From: a phage
Assembly: GCA_028030915.1 (NCBI GenBank)
Contig: GCA_028030915.1_4867.1
Direction: 5' to 3' (one strand)
Length of the DNA: 64,000 nt
Below are positions 10,101 through 18,968 of this stretch, piece after piece; the stretch's first letter is position 1, and the number at the start of each line of letters is the position of its first letter. The translations under genes and the position numbers were made by a program. The notes beneath the pieces were generated by a model. The model ran no database searches. It saw only the letters and a program-made list of their open reading frames with translations, and had not been told where the DNA came from.

Positions 10101-11322
10101 TAAAACCAGAGTCCTGCGGTGGAGTAACTCCCGCACCAGTTTAAACTGCGGCTTTATTGCTGCGCCGTACGATAAACCAACCGGAAGAATTGCCACCACA
10201 CAATCCAGCGTTACTAATACGCTGGTTGATGCTCCTCGTGTAATCAAGAGCGTGGATGTTCAGTCGCCTGACTGTTTAGACTATCTCCCGGTTTCAATCG
10301 CTAGCGAGTTCGCAGCCATTGGTTCGCGCTGGCTTATTCGTTATCGCTATATTGTTGATACGCAGATACTGCGAATATCGTCGATTAGTAAGATAGGCGG
10401 CCAGGCTTCGGCGACTGTTCGTGAGATAGAGTACGACATTCCGTTTGACGCGATTGATTATTTTAAAGGCGGCGCTTTATCGATTAGTGTTACTGGCATC
10501 GAAACTGGTGAAGGCGTCACAATCAACCACGGTTTGATGGACCCTTCCACAACAGAAGTAGATTTAAATCGTTTCCATTATCTACGCTCGCTATTTGAGT
10601 CGTATATTGAGCGTTCTCCGGACAGCCAGTCTTCTGGGCATGAGGAGATGTCGATATCAACCGTCGCGTTCGCGAACTTTGGAGATAACGTCGATAACCC
10701 GGTTACGGAATACATCACGATGTCTGCTGCAAGTGAGGGTTATCCGGAACTTGCACCGAACGGTAAACTCCCCGCACCGTTTTACAAAGGGCTGCAGAAA
10801 CGTGGTGCTCCGCTACTTGAGTCGGCTCCTGCAGACTATACGTCTAACGGTGGTGAATGGAAGTACGGCTTTATGCGGGCTTATCGCCCAACTCAAAATG
10901 AGCGTTTTGTGTCGGTAAATGGGACAATGCTCTCTAACTACCCAGGATATATCATCGTGGGTAGTGAGAAAATTCCGGGTAATGTTATACCTTTCAGTGC
11001 ATCGACAACAGCTGTTCAGATATCTGGGACTCTTGCCCGCACGAAACCGATGCAGCCAATTCACATCGTGTTCGTGCCTCCGGAAGGTTCTGTGCCGCCG
11101 CTGCAAGCGAAGTTCACTATTAATGGCGTGGGCAGTAGTGGTAATCCGATGTTCGTGATTACTGAAACGACACCGGTGGAACTTCGCACTGGTGGCGAGA
11201 CGATTCTCATTGAGAAGCGTAATCCATTCCATATCCCCACCAGGACATGGGATTGGATTTTACAAACGTTGGATACTGAACGTAGAAACGAAGGCAACAA
11301 CTCGGGTGAGTGGGCCTCTTAG
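7192..11322 (+). CDS. tail fibre protein (large, 1376 aa)
   Basis: taaggag SD, 12 nt after the previous stop; N-terminal RGTDYELEYA region shared with the 16649 gene; fibre repeats KPATTSEPGVVTLTD and GIARYSTNLNGLADNRGVTPNVLNEL. Confidence 0.7.
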   Translation: MKTYPYDPRGVNPECHFIEERIIDSDNPNDRVVMLDHRPFFEGLVVRLAGSSIPLTRGTDYELEYALTPLDDSVTTPVFCGVHLINPKLRGAVVFEGQMLGGTFYSGLIEMLDELIKALNNPTAADWLLLGNRPSLYPATPAAVAWSDMLNKKYVASAVHDVELDAGAANEQIREKLTELKDAVLGLGTEIATFNYPGHIASTNPHGTTAAQAGAHPVNLKTPDTFLAYGKTLRQLTSEVRALGLQQSDIDKYISKWVSKESRGVFNATISGTRALFRSPAGESEIVFSAEAFTLKSNGSVVLACGYADTTGTVRFMEWKAGINTLRIESTGSALGMDKLTLNGTTLLTTTALMGYQQDPGTGGGTVDPDDNKLYISGVNGITFTGKGSKADPVTGKVTAKPATTSEPGVVTLTDKPSDVVKGQAATPSALLPYEGDLSSYVRKTTLLNNQPMNTGSRTLTKKDLGLDLADNTADVDKPLSDALAEAVTGLSDKGHHHNFADLQIPTASQTVPGIARYSTNLNGLADNRGVTPNVLNELSKRLDVVAAALANAKEDSVADFAAVRGKTWTVGSTRTTLAVTDLNYFYLLNGTRKEGTVSGSIDLQTTPMFQWFSPDNRMERTWQNAVINTGAGIDFSGFEVAVPETNYGAQIGLTTTGMGDLSVVNLLAKTWVRCDSGKLRIWVRGGGAVSVYLDGEIIGAGITEAGYLEATVKEGWKQHCLAFRAECNDSAKAAAIRFTIYDGDFAVGASDKNTKVARLQEFVKTPNGLRHYLYVNMITDALYSRAEPIVDTEGINLERGYIGHIDVPDAGLVAGTTYEFETTFDFGMASELKRHFETRLAHGVSNTDWSLTDNPKMLPLNKVDPLPKQWLYAYPTNPSVSGDNLVRLDRGLFDYKFVSATSLRILLAAVVSTENASPYCWFTPSNPKENGMATFEGSVVIDTDYPEVPKTSDVEVSLNFMAPSADGKGKTRVLRWSNSRTSLNCGFIAAPYDKPTGRIATTQSSVTNTLVDAPRVIKSVDVQSPDCLDYLPVSIASEFAAIGSRWLIRYRYIVDTQILRISSISKIGGQASATVREIEYDIPFDAIDYFKGGALSISVTGIETGEGVTINHGLMDPSTTEVDLNRFHYLRSLFESYIERSPDSQSSGHEEMSISTVAFANFGDNVDNPVTEYITMSAASEGYPELAPNGKLPAPFYKGLQKRGAPLLESAPADYTSNGGEWKYGFMRAYRPTQNERFVSVNGTMLSNYPGYIIVGSEKIPGNVIPFSASTTAVQISGTLARTKPMQPIHIVFVPPEGSVPPLQAKFTINGVGSSGNPMFVITETTPVELRTGGETILIEKRNPFHIPTRTWDWILQTLDTERRNEGNNSGEWAS

Positions 11323-11356
11323 GACGGACTGCCTACGGGCGGGTAGTCCGTAGGTA

Positions 11357-11397
11357 AACCGCCCTTCCGTTATTGGGAGGGCGGTCTCCGTTTTATT
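11357..11397 (+). terminator. hairpin with short T-run between fibre genes (attenuator or weak terminator)
   Basis: accgccct-loop-agggcggt stem followed by ctccgttttatt; a second GC-rich stem at 11324..11354. Confidence 0.35.
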
Positions 11398-11417
11398 ACA
11401 GATTAGGAGTGTTTGCA

Positions 11418-14400
11418 ATGCCGAGAGAAGATGCGGCGCAGTTTAACGGTACCCTCAGTACCGCTACTTACCCGAACCGTTATTCGACGGTCATTCCCGT
11501 CGAAGCACCGTTCTATCGCATCGGGTTAACGTTAACCGTTACCGATAAAGCAACCGGAACCAAACGCAAGTTAATAGAAGGTCTTGATTATTTCTTAGGA
11601 CATTACTTCCAGGAATTAGCCGAGGCTGAGAACGATGCAATATACGGCAGCATAATGCTGCTGAACGCCACAGAGGTAGAATACGAGTTGTTGTCGGTTG
11701 GTCGACAGTATCGCATCCCTGCTTCTGAAATCGGCAAGTATCTGGTTAAGACGGATATGAAAGACCCGCGCAACTGCGATTGGTCTGAGCTGATGAAATA
11801 TCCACCGATTATCTCGCCAATCGACCCGCCAAAAGATCTCGAAGAAGCGATTCTTCGCGATGAAATCGTAAAGGCGTTGGAAGATATCCGTCTGGGTATT
11901 TTAGAGCGCGCCCACGAACTGGATGAGGCATTTGCCGAAGTTACCGATTTGATTTATCAGAACGGTAAGCAGGTGTTTGATGACGAAATGTATCAACACC
12001 ACCTGATTAAAAATGCACATGGTTACACCTGCGGTGACATTGGCGCACTCCCTGTGCTCGGTAAGGCCGTAGATGCGACTAAGGCATTCGGACGTACCCT
12101 GGCAGAGCTAGTGACGTTAATGTCTACCAGTGGCATCCAACAGAAACACGTTGACCTGCTTCTGGATAATACCCTGGGTGATTTACTGGGCCGTATGCGT
12201 GTTCTGAATAACGACGCGATTACGTTCCAAACAACGTCTGGTCACGTTATCAGCATGAAAGGTGAGAAGTTCATCATCACCTCGACAAAACCGCTGGTAT
12301 TAAAAGCTGACCAGGATAACAACGAACCGGGTATCGCTACGGAGTTCAGTGCTGGTCTGAACACGCTTTGGGTTCACTCGGGTAAAGCAGGTGACAAGTG
12401 GGGCGCTTATGATGCAGGTGTGCTTGCACCTGTGTATAACAGCGTGTATCTCGTTACACCGGATATGGTTAAGATGTACTTGACCTCGGTGAAGATACTT
12501 CCAGCAAACGCCTACTTCAAGTCCAGCGACACGTTGAAGATTTACGGCTCTGGTAAAGAAACAAACAAAGTTTACATGAATGCGGAGCTGCCTGCAGCAA
12601 CCACAACTGTGCAGGGTTTGTTTGCGATTACTAACCTCTCGGCATCCGCTGCAGCGTCCACAGCGATTTCCCAAAAAGCTGTTACTGACTTGAAGAACAA
12701 ACTCGACGGATATGTGGACGACACGTATACGGTCAATGGTAAAGGGTTTGTATTAGATTCAAACGGGCAGATGCATCTGACCTTAACCGCGGCAGATTTC
12801 GGTATTGAGAAAATGGACAATACCGGACCGTTAGAAAAGCCTGTTACTAACGCATTGCGTACCGTGCTATCAGGCAAAGCGTTTACATCGCACACCCACA
12901 CCATTGCAGATCTCGATAACGTGCCGTACGCATCCACGTCTGTTACAGGTTTGGCTAAACTGTGGGATGCAATCGACACTACCTCGGATAAGATGGTCAC
13001 TTCGCGCCAAGGCTTCTTGCTTGAACAGAAGATTGACACGCTGAATGACAAGATTGGTACGTTATTACCGGCGTGGACTGTCGGCGGATCATCGTACGGC
13101 AACAATAACTTCTTGCCTATACCAGTCCAGGGGAACTACGAAGGGTATACCAAAAACCAAACCTGGCAGAAAGGTTTGGCGCGTTACGAGTCTGGTAAGG
13201 TTTACTCGCTCCGTAATGGTTCTAACGGGAATCCACCTGGTGACTGGGCTATCTATTACGCTTACGCAGATGTAGCCGCGGATAACACGCTGACGAACAT
13301 GCAGCAGACGTCCGTACGTTACCGCCCCGCTGGAATGTCGGCGTATCCTGGGGTGAATCTGGTTGCTATTGTGATTACCGGTACAGATGCAATGATCTGC
13401 TTAGGCAGTGACGGTGCGTATTACCTGGTCATCTTTGACGGCACCATTGACCATGCAAAACATCATCGTGTTGTTAAAGTTCAGTTGGGCGATTACCGAA
13501 ATGGTAACGCGGCCGGTGTGATTACAACCGCTCCATGGGTTGCCGATCCATCAACAAACGATTTGATCGTTTGCAACGAGCGGGTTTATCTGCTCCGTAC
13601 TGTCCTTACCTCCGGTGACTATTTCGTGAGTATGCGTAGCATCGCACTTGACGAACTTAATCTGGGTGGTAGCAACACGTTTGTGGCGGATGTGTTAACA
13701 GGCGGGATGTTAACGTCGGGAGATAATATCTATTTGCGTCAGGGTCAGAAACGTTCTGATACAGATGTGTTGGTAGCGCCAGTAACACAAATCTACGCAG
13801 ACGCATCGGCGAAGTGGAATAGTGCGCGAAATTTCGTCCATGGTCCGGAATGTAATCACGCGATTGGTGTGGATGGGCTGAACTTTCGTGTTGGTTTAAC
13901 TCCAACGGTTTGGTTTGCTTCTACTACAGGGCAAACTATTAACTTTAAACAATGGGTGTCAAGCTTTGTTGTTGATTGTAGTTCAATGACGATAACGCTG
14001 GAAGGTGCTGATCGATTCCCTATTGTGGCCGATCTTACCACGGTTCGTTATAACGGTGGTGCTGAGATTGGGATTCCGAGCCGGAAATGGGGCGAAGGTC
14101 AAGCTAATAACCGAACCTTTGCAACATCGCAAGACAAGTATATCGTTTCGCAAGGACATGCAGGCGATCGCGACCTGATGCCTTACGTCACGATTACCAC
14201 GTTAGATGACGGTGTGAGTTGGTACGAGTACCTGTCGTGCGACTACAACTTCACTGCCAGAAGTTTTAGTGCGGTAATGTTAAACCAAGGTCGTGGTTCT
14301 ATCTACGAGCTGGGTATGGCGTATCCGCTGACTCTGGGAGCGAATTCCAGACTTATCTGGTTGTCACAGCCGCGTACCCGTTTGGCAATTGAAGTTGAGT

Positions 14401-16601
14401 TTGATCCGAACACCACTTACTCAGGTAAGGCGGGGTACGGCCCAACTAACAATCGTCGTGTGGTGGATTCTACCACGTACGAGAATCTGTCGCAGATGTG
14501 CCACATTGTTACACCGGCGTCGCCTGGTACAGAGTTAAACGGCTGGTATTGCACAGGACCAGAAACATTCCCTTACCACAACGTTTCTGGCACTTTCACG
14601 ATTCATGCCGATCGGTTGACGCTGTCACAAGCTGAATGGGATAAGATGAAGCAGATGATCATCGACGGAGCACCGGCAGGCGCTGCGAATGGTTATGCTT
14701 CGGAATTTATCCTTGCCGCAAATAACGCAGGAAAGGCATTGTTCTCCGTTTGGTTCATCGGCATTGGTACGGCCACACCGCTCACGTTAGCACAAGTAGC
14801 ATGTACGCGTACTGTGAACAACGTTAACGTGTTGGATATCTACTACTTTACACTGAAACCAACAATCAGCAACGGGCAGGTAACATTCCCGGCAGCGATA
14901 TTGGCATTGTTTGACTTCTATAACAACCTCGACTATGGCTTGAACTATGCTACGTTGGGTGAGATAACGGGAGGAAAAACACGCCGGCCGGGACAACCTA
15001 CACTGGTGTCAGTAGATGGTACTCAGTTCGGGTTGTATCTTCCACACACGTTAACCTTGCGCCAAATTGGCGACTTGGGTGCGCTTAACTACGGCGTTGG
15101 TCTTACGCTGTCTAATGGTACCTGGACGCGTTCTTCTGCTCCACACGGCATTGGACGCATGGCACCATCACACACTCCAGTCAGCCCAGCTTATCTGGCT
15201 CATCGTGATCAGGTGATGCTACACAACTCATCTCTCGACTACGTCTATTGTGGTGGTATCGCAATGTCGTCGAGTGATTTTGTCGCGGCTCCTAATTTTA
15301 GTGGCCCGACTGAATCGGTCGTCATTGCTGGTGTGGAAACAGCCGAAGGTTGGCTGGTATATGTGACTGAGGAAGTTGACCTGCGTTTCGGCTCGAGCAC
15401 TTATAAACTGCCTACGTGGTATATTGACCTCAGCGCAGCATTTCCAACAAACCATCAGAACCGGACATTCTACCTGCACGCCAAGGTAGAAAATGGTACA
15501 CCGAAGTACGTAATGGACGTGATTCAACATCCAGACACTGAAACGGAACTCTATATCGGGTATGTTAAAACGGGCTCGTCGCGAGTCGTCGAGACTAACG
15601 TCGAACATGCTAAGCGATTAGGGGCGGTGAAACAACTGTTGGAACATGCGGCGGTTGAGAATAAGCATGATGTGGAGGTGGGAAGGGATGCAGCAACGGG
15701 CAGACTGGCACCATTGCGTAAAGAAGCGATGGGTCCTTTGTCGATCGATGCTACGAAAGGCTATCTGGATAGTCAGTTGCTTTATACCGTATCTGACGCA
15801 CAGCGTCGCGGTAAAGCGATGGTCTCCAAACGTTTCGAAGGCTTGAAAACTTTGCCGGCGTTTACTCAGGCAAACAAGTCGGGGGCGTTTTGGAAACATC
15901 CTACAACAATTGCGACGGTAACGGCCGATGAGAACGGTGAAGCGGCATCGTTGGGAATGGAGTGGGTAGGTATTCCAACGCCCGCTTTCTCACCGACCTC
16001 AACGAACTTGATGGTGGTGGTGCAAAGTAAATTCGTCGTCCCAGGTACACCGGGAGTAGAAACGACCTTTAATGTCCACGTTGCCCCATGGGAGGCGGTG
16101 GATGGCTTTTTCTACAACGTCGAGGCGGAAGGTACGGATGTTAACATTGACGAAAATCCAGAAGTGTTATTGCCGTCACCACATACCGTGCACCACAAAC
16201 AGCACTCTCTGCCAGCAGGCGTGCCGTGCACCTTTACATTTGTCGCGGCGGTAAGTTCTTCAGCGCTCGAAACAGCCAACCAGCATATTTGCTCTTGGCT
16301 TTTCACGGAAGCGGGGGGACTACCAATCACCACCGATCTTTCGGATAGTAAGATTCAAATCTTACCACAGCCGGGAGAAACCTATGGCACTCCAGTTGTT
16401 CTGAACAGTCGTAGCTATACGTTTACGAATGTGGCAGGTGCAATCCCGGTTGTTACCACGGGCGCTCAGGGTTTATTCCCACCACCGATCGTGGCGTGGG
16501 ATGGCGATGATCTTACGTTAACGATTGCGCACGATTGGGTGAACGAGAGAGGACGTCAGCAGCCTGATATTATCCAGGTCAATCTTATGTTCCGTACCTA
16601 A
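11418..16601 (+). CDS. tail fibre protein (large, about 1727 aa from refined start)
   Basis: start refined to ATG 11418 (taggag SD) because the listed upstream start lies inside the hairpin; fibre repeats ATTTVQGLFAITNLSASAAAS and SVTGLAKLWDAIDTTSDKMVTSRQGF; HTHTIADLD motif. Confidence 0.7.
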   Translation: MPREDAAQFNGTLSTATYPNRYSTVIPVEAPFYRIGLTLTVTDKATGTKRKLIEGLDYFLGHYFQELAEAENDAIYGSIMLLNATEVEYELLSVGRQYRIPASEIGKYLVKTDMKDPRNCDWSELMKYPPIISPIDPPKDLEEAILRDEIVKALEDIRLGILERAHELDEAFAEVTDLIYQNGKQVFDDEMYQHHLIKNAHGYTCGDIGALPVLGKAVDATKAFGRTLAELVTLMSTSGIQQKHVDLLLDNTLGDLLGRMRVLNNDAITFQTTSGHVISMKGEKFIITSTKPLVLKADQDNNEPGIATEFSAGLNTLWVHSGKAGDKWGAYDAGVLAPVYNSVYLVTPDMVKMYLTSVKILPANAYFKSSDTLKIYGSGKETNKVYMNAELPAATTTVQGLFAITNLSASAAASTAISQKAVTDLKNKLDGYVDDTYTVNGKGFVLDSNGQMHLTLTAADFGIEKMDNTGPLEKPVTNALRTVLSGKAFTSHTHTIADLDNVPYASTSVTGLAKLWDAIDTTSDKMVTSRQGFLLEQKIDTLNDKIGTLLPAWTVGGSSYGNNNFLPIPVQGNYEGYTKNQTWQKGLARYESGKVYSLRNGSNGNPPGDWAIYYAYADVAADNTLTNMQQTSVRYRPAGMSAYPGVNLVAIVITGTDAMICLGSDGAYYLVIFDGTIDHAKHHRVVKVQLGDYRNGNAAGVITTAPWVADPSTNDLIVCNERVYLLRTVLTSGDYFVSMRSIALDELNLGGSNTFVADVLTGGMLTSGDNIYLRQGQKRSDTDVLVAPVTQIYADASAKWNSARNFVHGPECNHAIGVDGLNFRVGLTPTVWFASTTGQTINFKQWVSSFVVDCSSMTITLEGADRFPIVADLTTVRYNGGAEIGIPSRKWGEGQANNRTFATSQDKYIVSQGHAGDRDLMPYVTITTLDDGVSWYEYLSCDYNFTARSFSAVMLNQGRGSIYELGMAYPLTLGANSRLIWLSQPRTRLAIEVEFDPNTTYSGKAGYGPTNNRRVVDSTTYENLSQMCHIVTPASPGTELNGWYCTGPETFPYHNVSGTFTIHADRLTLSQAEWDKMKQMIIDGAPAGAANGYASEFILAANNAGKALFSVWFIGIGTATPLTLAQVACTRTVNNVNVLDIYYFTLKPTISNGQVTFPAAILALFDFYNNLDYGLNYATLGEITGGKTRRPGQPTLVSVDGTQFGLYLPHTLTLRQIGDLGALNYGVGLTLSNGTWTRSSAPHGIGRMAPSHTPVSPAYLAHRDQVMLHNSSLDYVYCGGIAMSSSDFVAAPNFSGPTESVVIAGVETAEGWLVYVTEEVDLRFGSSTYKLPTWYIDLSAAFPTNHQNRTFYLHAKVENGTPKYVMDVIQHPDTETELYIGYVKTGSSRVVETNVEHAKRLGAVKQLLEHAAVENKHDVEVGRDAATGRLAPLRKEAMGPLSIDATKGYLDSQLLYTVSDAQRRGKAMVSKRFEGLKTLPAFTQANKSGAFWKHPTTIATVTADENGEAASLGMEWVGIPTPAFSPTSTNLMVVVQSKFVVPGTPGVETTFNVHVAPWEAVDGFFYNVEAEGTDVNIDENPEVLLPSPHTVHHKQHSLPAGVPCTFTFVAAVSSSALETANQHICSWLFTEAGGLPITTDLSDSKIQILPQPGETYGTPVVLNSRSYTFTNVAGAIPVVTTGAQGLFPPPIVAWDGDDLTLTIAHDWVNERGRQQPDIIQVNLMFRT

Positions 16602-16648
16602 CAGATAGCGCTATGGGGCAAGGAAGCCCCAATCAAAGGAGTTTGGCA

Positions 16649-17851
16649 ATGGCCGAAATCATTCATCAGTACCCGCTCGACCTTACCGGGACATTAACGT
16701 CGAACGCCGTTACACGGCGTATTACGTTAGGTTCTGGTAAAGTTAACCGGGCTTTTGCATTTCCTGACGGAGCTTTCTACGCGGATACCTTCCGCTTGGC
16801 AGCTGCGAATAAACCAGGTGTCTACCCGTACAAACGCGGCACAGACTACGAACTGATTTTTGCACATACTGCATATCAGAAAATGACCAAGAACCGCGAA
16901 GTGGTCATGGGTGTGGTGGTAACTAACTCGGCCATTCCTACTGATATCGAGGTCTCTGCGCAAGTCGTTGGTGGTTTTCAGTCTGCGAACGTCGAAGGCA
17001 TCCGACAAGCGATTGCGTCGTTGAAAATTGAAGACCGCGTGGTGGACTTCAAGGATCTTCGAAACGTACCCGATACGTTCCCGTCCGCCCCGACGTATAA
17101 AGACCTTGGCGATATCTACGGTTTTGAGTATATCATTACCGTACTCGCGGGGATTAAAGATGCGATTAACTCCGGCTCTGCAGTACAGCTGGAAGAAATT
17201 AAAGGTATTCTGGATGGTCTGAAAAACGACTTCCTCGACGCCTTAAATACCCACATCAACGCCGAAGGTAACGTACACAATCTCGACATTCATCAGGTTA
17301 ATGGCCTGACGGAGACGGAGATTCGTGCCCTGATTCAAAGTGTACAGACTGCCATTGACGCCACTATCAGAGATATCGGCGACTTAAGAGCAGCAGACAC
17401 GGCATTGGGGCAACGCATCGATGCAATTGTGGCTTCGTTAGCCGCGTGGAACGACCAGCTTAACGTGGTTGCTCAAAATTACCAGAAAATGTCGTTAGCA
17501 TTAGCTAACCTTAATTCTCTGGTGTTGCAATTACAGAAGATGGTTAACGATCTTCAGTCTGCACTGAATGAAACAAATCAGCGTGTCACGGATCTTGAGA
17601 ATCAGGGCAAAGACTTCCAACAGCAAATTGATAACCTGCAAGGACAAATCAACAGTCTTAAAACTCAGGTTGTAAACAACACCAACGCAATTTCGCAGGC
17701 AAACCAGAATCTGGCGAACCATGCGGCTGCGGATAACCCACACCCGAATTACCTCCATAAACAGTATGGCGGTGTTGTGCAGGCTGCTGTTCACGTCAAC
17801 AACAACCTCACCTCGCGCGACGATGTTCAAGCTGAAGCGGGTACTAAGTAA
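16649..17851 (+). CDS. tail fibre-associated coiled-coil protein (about 400 aa)
   Basis: start refined to ATG 16649 (aaggag SD); N-terminal KRGTDYELIFAHTAY region shared with the fibre genes; long heptad-like segment LQLQKMVNDLQSALNETNQRVTDLENQGKDFQQQIDNLQGQINSLKTQ. Confidence 0.6.
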   Translation: MAEIIHQYPLDLTGTLTSNAVTRRITLGSGKVNRAFAFPDGAFYADTFRLAAANKPGVYPYKRGTDYELIFAHTAYQKMTKNREVVMGVVVTNSAIPTDIEVSAQVVGGFQSANVEGIRQAIASLKIEDRVVDFKDLRNVPDTFPSAPTYKDLGDIYGFEYIITVLAGIKDAINSGSAVQLEEIKGILDGLKNDFLDALNTHINAEGNVHNLDIHQVNGLTETEIRALIQSVQTAIDATIRDIGDLRAADTALGQRIDAIVASLAAWNDQLNVVAQNYQKMSLALANLNSLVLQLQKMVNDLQSALNETNQRVTDLENQGKDFQQQIDNLQGQINSLKTQVVNNTNAISQANQNLANHAAADNPHPNYLHKQYGGVVQAAVHVNNNLTSRDDVQAEAGTK

Positions 17852-17860
17852 CTTGTTTAC

Positions 17861-17906
17861 GAGCCGGACTATGTTTATGGACATAGTCCGCTCGTTCTAC
17901 TTTTTA
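17861..17906 (+). terminator. hairpin plus T-run after the fibre operon (terminator/attenuator)
   Basis: gagccggactatgt-ttatgg-acatagtccgctc (14-bp stem, one bulge) followed by gttctactttttaagg, just before the first Cys-rich gene. Confidence 0.45.
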
Positions 17907-17916
17907 AGGAAGCGTA

Positions 17917-18309
17917 ATGGCGATATCTATTAAAGACGTCAGAAACCGCGTCCAGATAGTCGAAGCTAACATGGCGACAGGCCCCCGCATCGAGGCGCAA
18001 GTGGCCTCTAAAGCCCATAATGCGGCAGACCGATTTGGGGGTTGGACGAAAGCACAGCTAGATTGCGGCGGGACATGTTCTTGGACATGCTCTAACGGTT
18101 GCTCGCACGGCTGTTCGAGCTGTTCAGGAAGCTGTTCTGCTTCTTGTATCGGTAGCTGTTCTTCGACGTGTGGCGGTAACTGTTCTGGTTGCTCTGGTTG
18201 TTCTGGTGGTTGCAGTAGTAGCTGTACCGGTAACTGCACAGGTGGTTGCGGTGGCTCATGTTCTTCCAGTTGTTCCGGGGCCTGCTCCGGCGGCTGTTCA
18301 GGTCGCTAA
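17917..18309 (+). CDS. Cys/Ser/Gly-rich peptide 1, putative radical-SAM substrate (RiPP-precursor-like), 130 aa
   Basis: aaggaag SD; about 49-aa leader-like N-terminus (MAISIKDVRNRVQIVEAN...) then a core with 21 Cys at mostly CxxxC spacing; paralog of the next two ORFs. Confidence 0.7.
   Translation: MAISIKDVRNRVQIVEANMATGPRIEAQVASKAHNAADRFGGWTKAQLDCGGTCSWTCSNGCSHGCSSCSGSCSASCIGSCSSTCGGNCSGCSGCSGGCSSSCTGNCTGGCGGSCSSSCSGACSGGCSGR
18064..18306 (+). repeat. low-complexity coding repeat (about 12-nt period, TGY-TCN-GGN pattern) in the peptide-1 core
   Basis: reiterated ggttgctctggt / agctgttct units visible in the sequence; generates spurious overlapping ORFs on both strands. Confidence 0.6.
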
Positions 18310-18319
18310 GGGGGATTAA

Positions 18320-18724
18320 ATGGCAATTGGATTAAAAGAACTGAATAACCGATTAAACACGATCGATGCAAACGCTCTAAAGAATACCACGAATGTGCAA
18401 AACTACATTCGCAATAAAGCTACGAATAACGCTGACTTGTTCGCAGGTCAAGGTCGTTCGCACTACGACTGTGGTGGTACGTGTTCTTTTAGCTGCTCAA
18501 GTTGCTCTGGCGGCTGCACAGGATCTGCGACAGGTGGTTGTGGGTCGACTTGTTCGGCAAACTGTGTATCAGGCTGTAGCAGCAGCTGCACGGGCTGTAG
18601 CTCTTCGTGCTCTGGTGGTTGTAGCGGCACGTGCACAGGCAGCTGTTCTGGGGGTTGTGGTAAATCCTGCTCCGCAAACTGCTCAGGTGCGTGCTCTGGT
18701 GGTTGTTCAGGTCCTAACTCCTAA
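18320..18724 (+). CDS. Cys/Ser/Gly-rich peptide 2, putative radical-SAM substrate, 134 aa
   Basis: 10 nt after peptide 1, aggggga SD; leader MAIGLKELNNRLNTIDAN...HYDCGG; core with 20 Cys. Confidence 0.7.
   Translation: MAIGLKELNNRLNTIDANALKNTTNVQNYIRNKATNNADLFAGQGRSHYDCGGTCSFSCSSCSGGCTGSATGGCGSTCSANCVSGCSSSCTGCSSSCSGGCSGTCTGSCSGGCGKSCSANCSGACSGGCSGPNS
18470..18721 (+). repeat. low-complexity coding repeat (about 12-nt period) in the peptide-2 core
   Basis: same TGY-TCN-GGN periodicity as the peptide-1 core. Confidence 0.6.
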
Positions 18725-18739
18725 CTGACGGAGGCTTAT

Positions 18740-18946
18740 GTGATCAGTCTCAAGACTATTCGAAACCGTCTCGTTACGGCAGAAGGTTACATTACAACCG
18801 CACAGGCAAACAACTATATCGCTAACCAGGGCACCGTGTCGACCACAAATAACCTGGCTGGCTTACCGCTTTCTCACTATAACTGTAATGGTGGGTGTAG
18901 CTGGTCCTGCAGCGGAAGCTGTAGCCGTGGAGCGGGGAATCGATAA
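18740..18946 (+). CDS. Cys-rich peptide 3 (short-core paralog), 68 aa
   Basis: GTG start with gacggagg SD; leader MISLKTIRNRLVTAEGY...SHYNCNGG matches peptides 1 and 2; core only CSWSCSGSCS (4 Cys). Confidence 0.5.
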   Translation: MISLKTIRNRLVTAEGYITTAQANNYIANQGTVSTTNNLAGLPLSHYNCNGGCSWSCSGSCSRGAGNR

Positions 18947-18968
18947 CAGAAAACGTTCGGAGTATTAA

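Noticed and set aside
3625-16333. Numerous short ORFs (60 to 177 aa) on either strand inside the giant fibre genes
   Set aside because: All are embedded in long, motif-supported fibre ORFs and lack independent translation signals.
18064-18721. Short-period direct repeats that could be mistaken for a CRISPR array or VNTR
   Set aside because: The period is about 12 nt, with no unique spacers, and the repeats lie entirely within coding cores; this is not a CRISPR array.
17904-18728. Overlapping ORFs on both strands inside the Cys-rich core region (17904..18239 -, 18393..18728 +, 18489..18677 -)
   Set aside because: Artefacts of the periodic low-complexity repeat, which is open in several frames; the + frame encoding the leader-plus-Cys core has the SDs and the conserved leaders.
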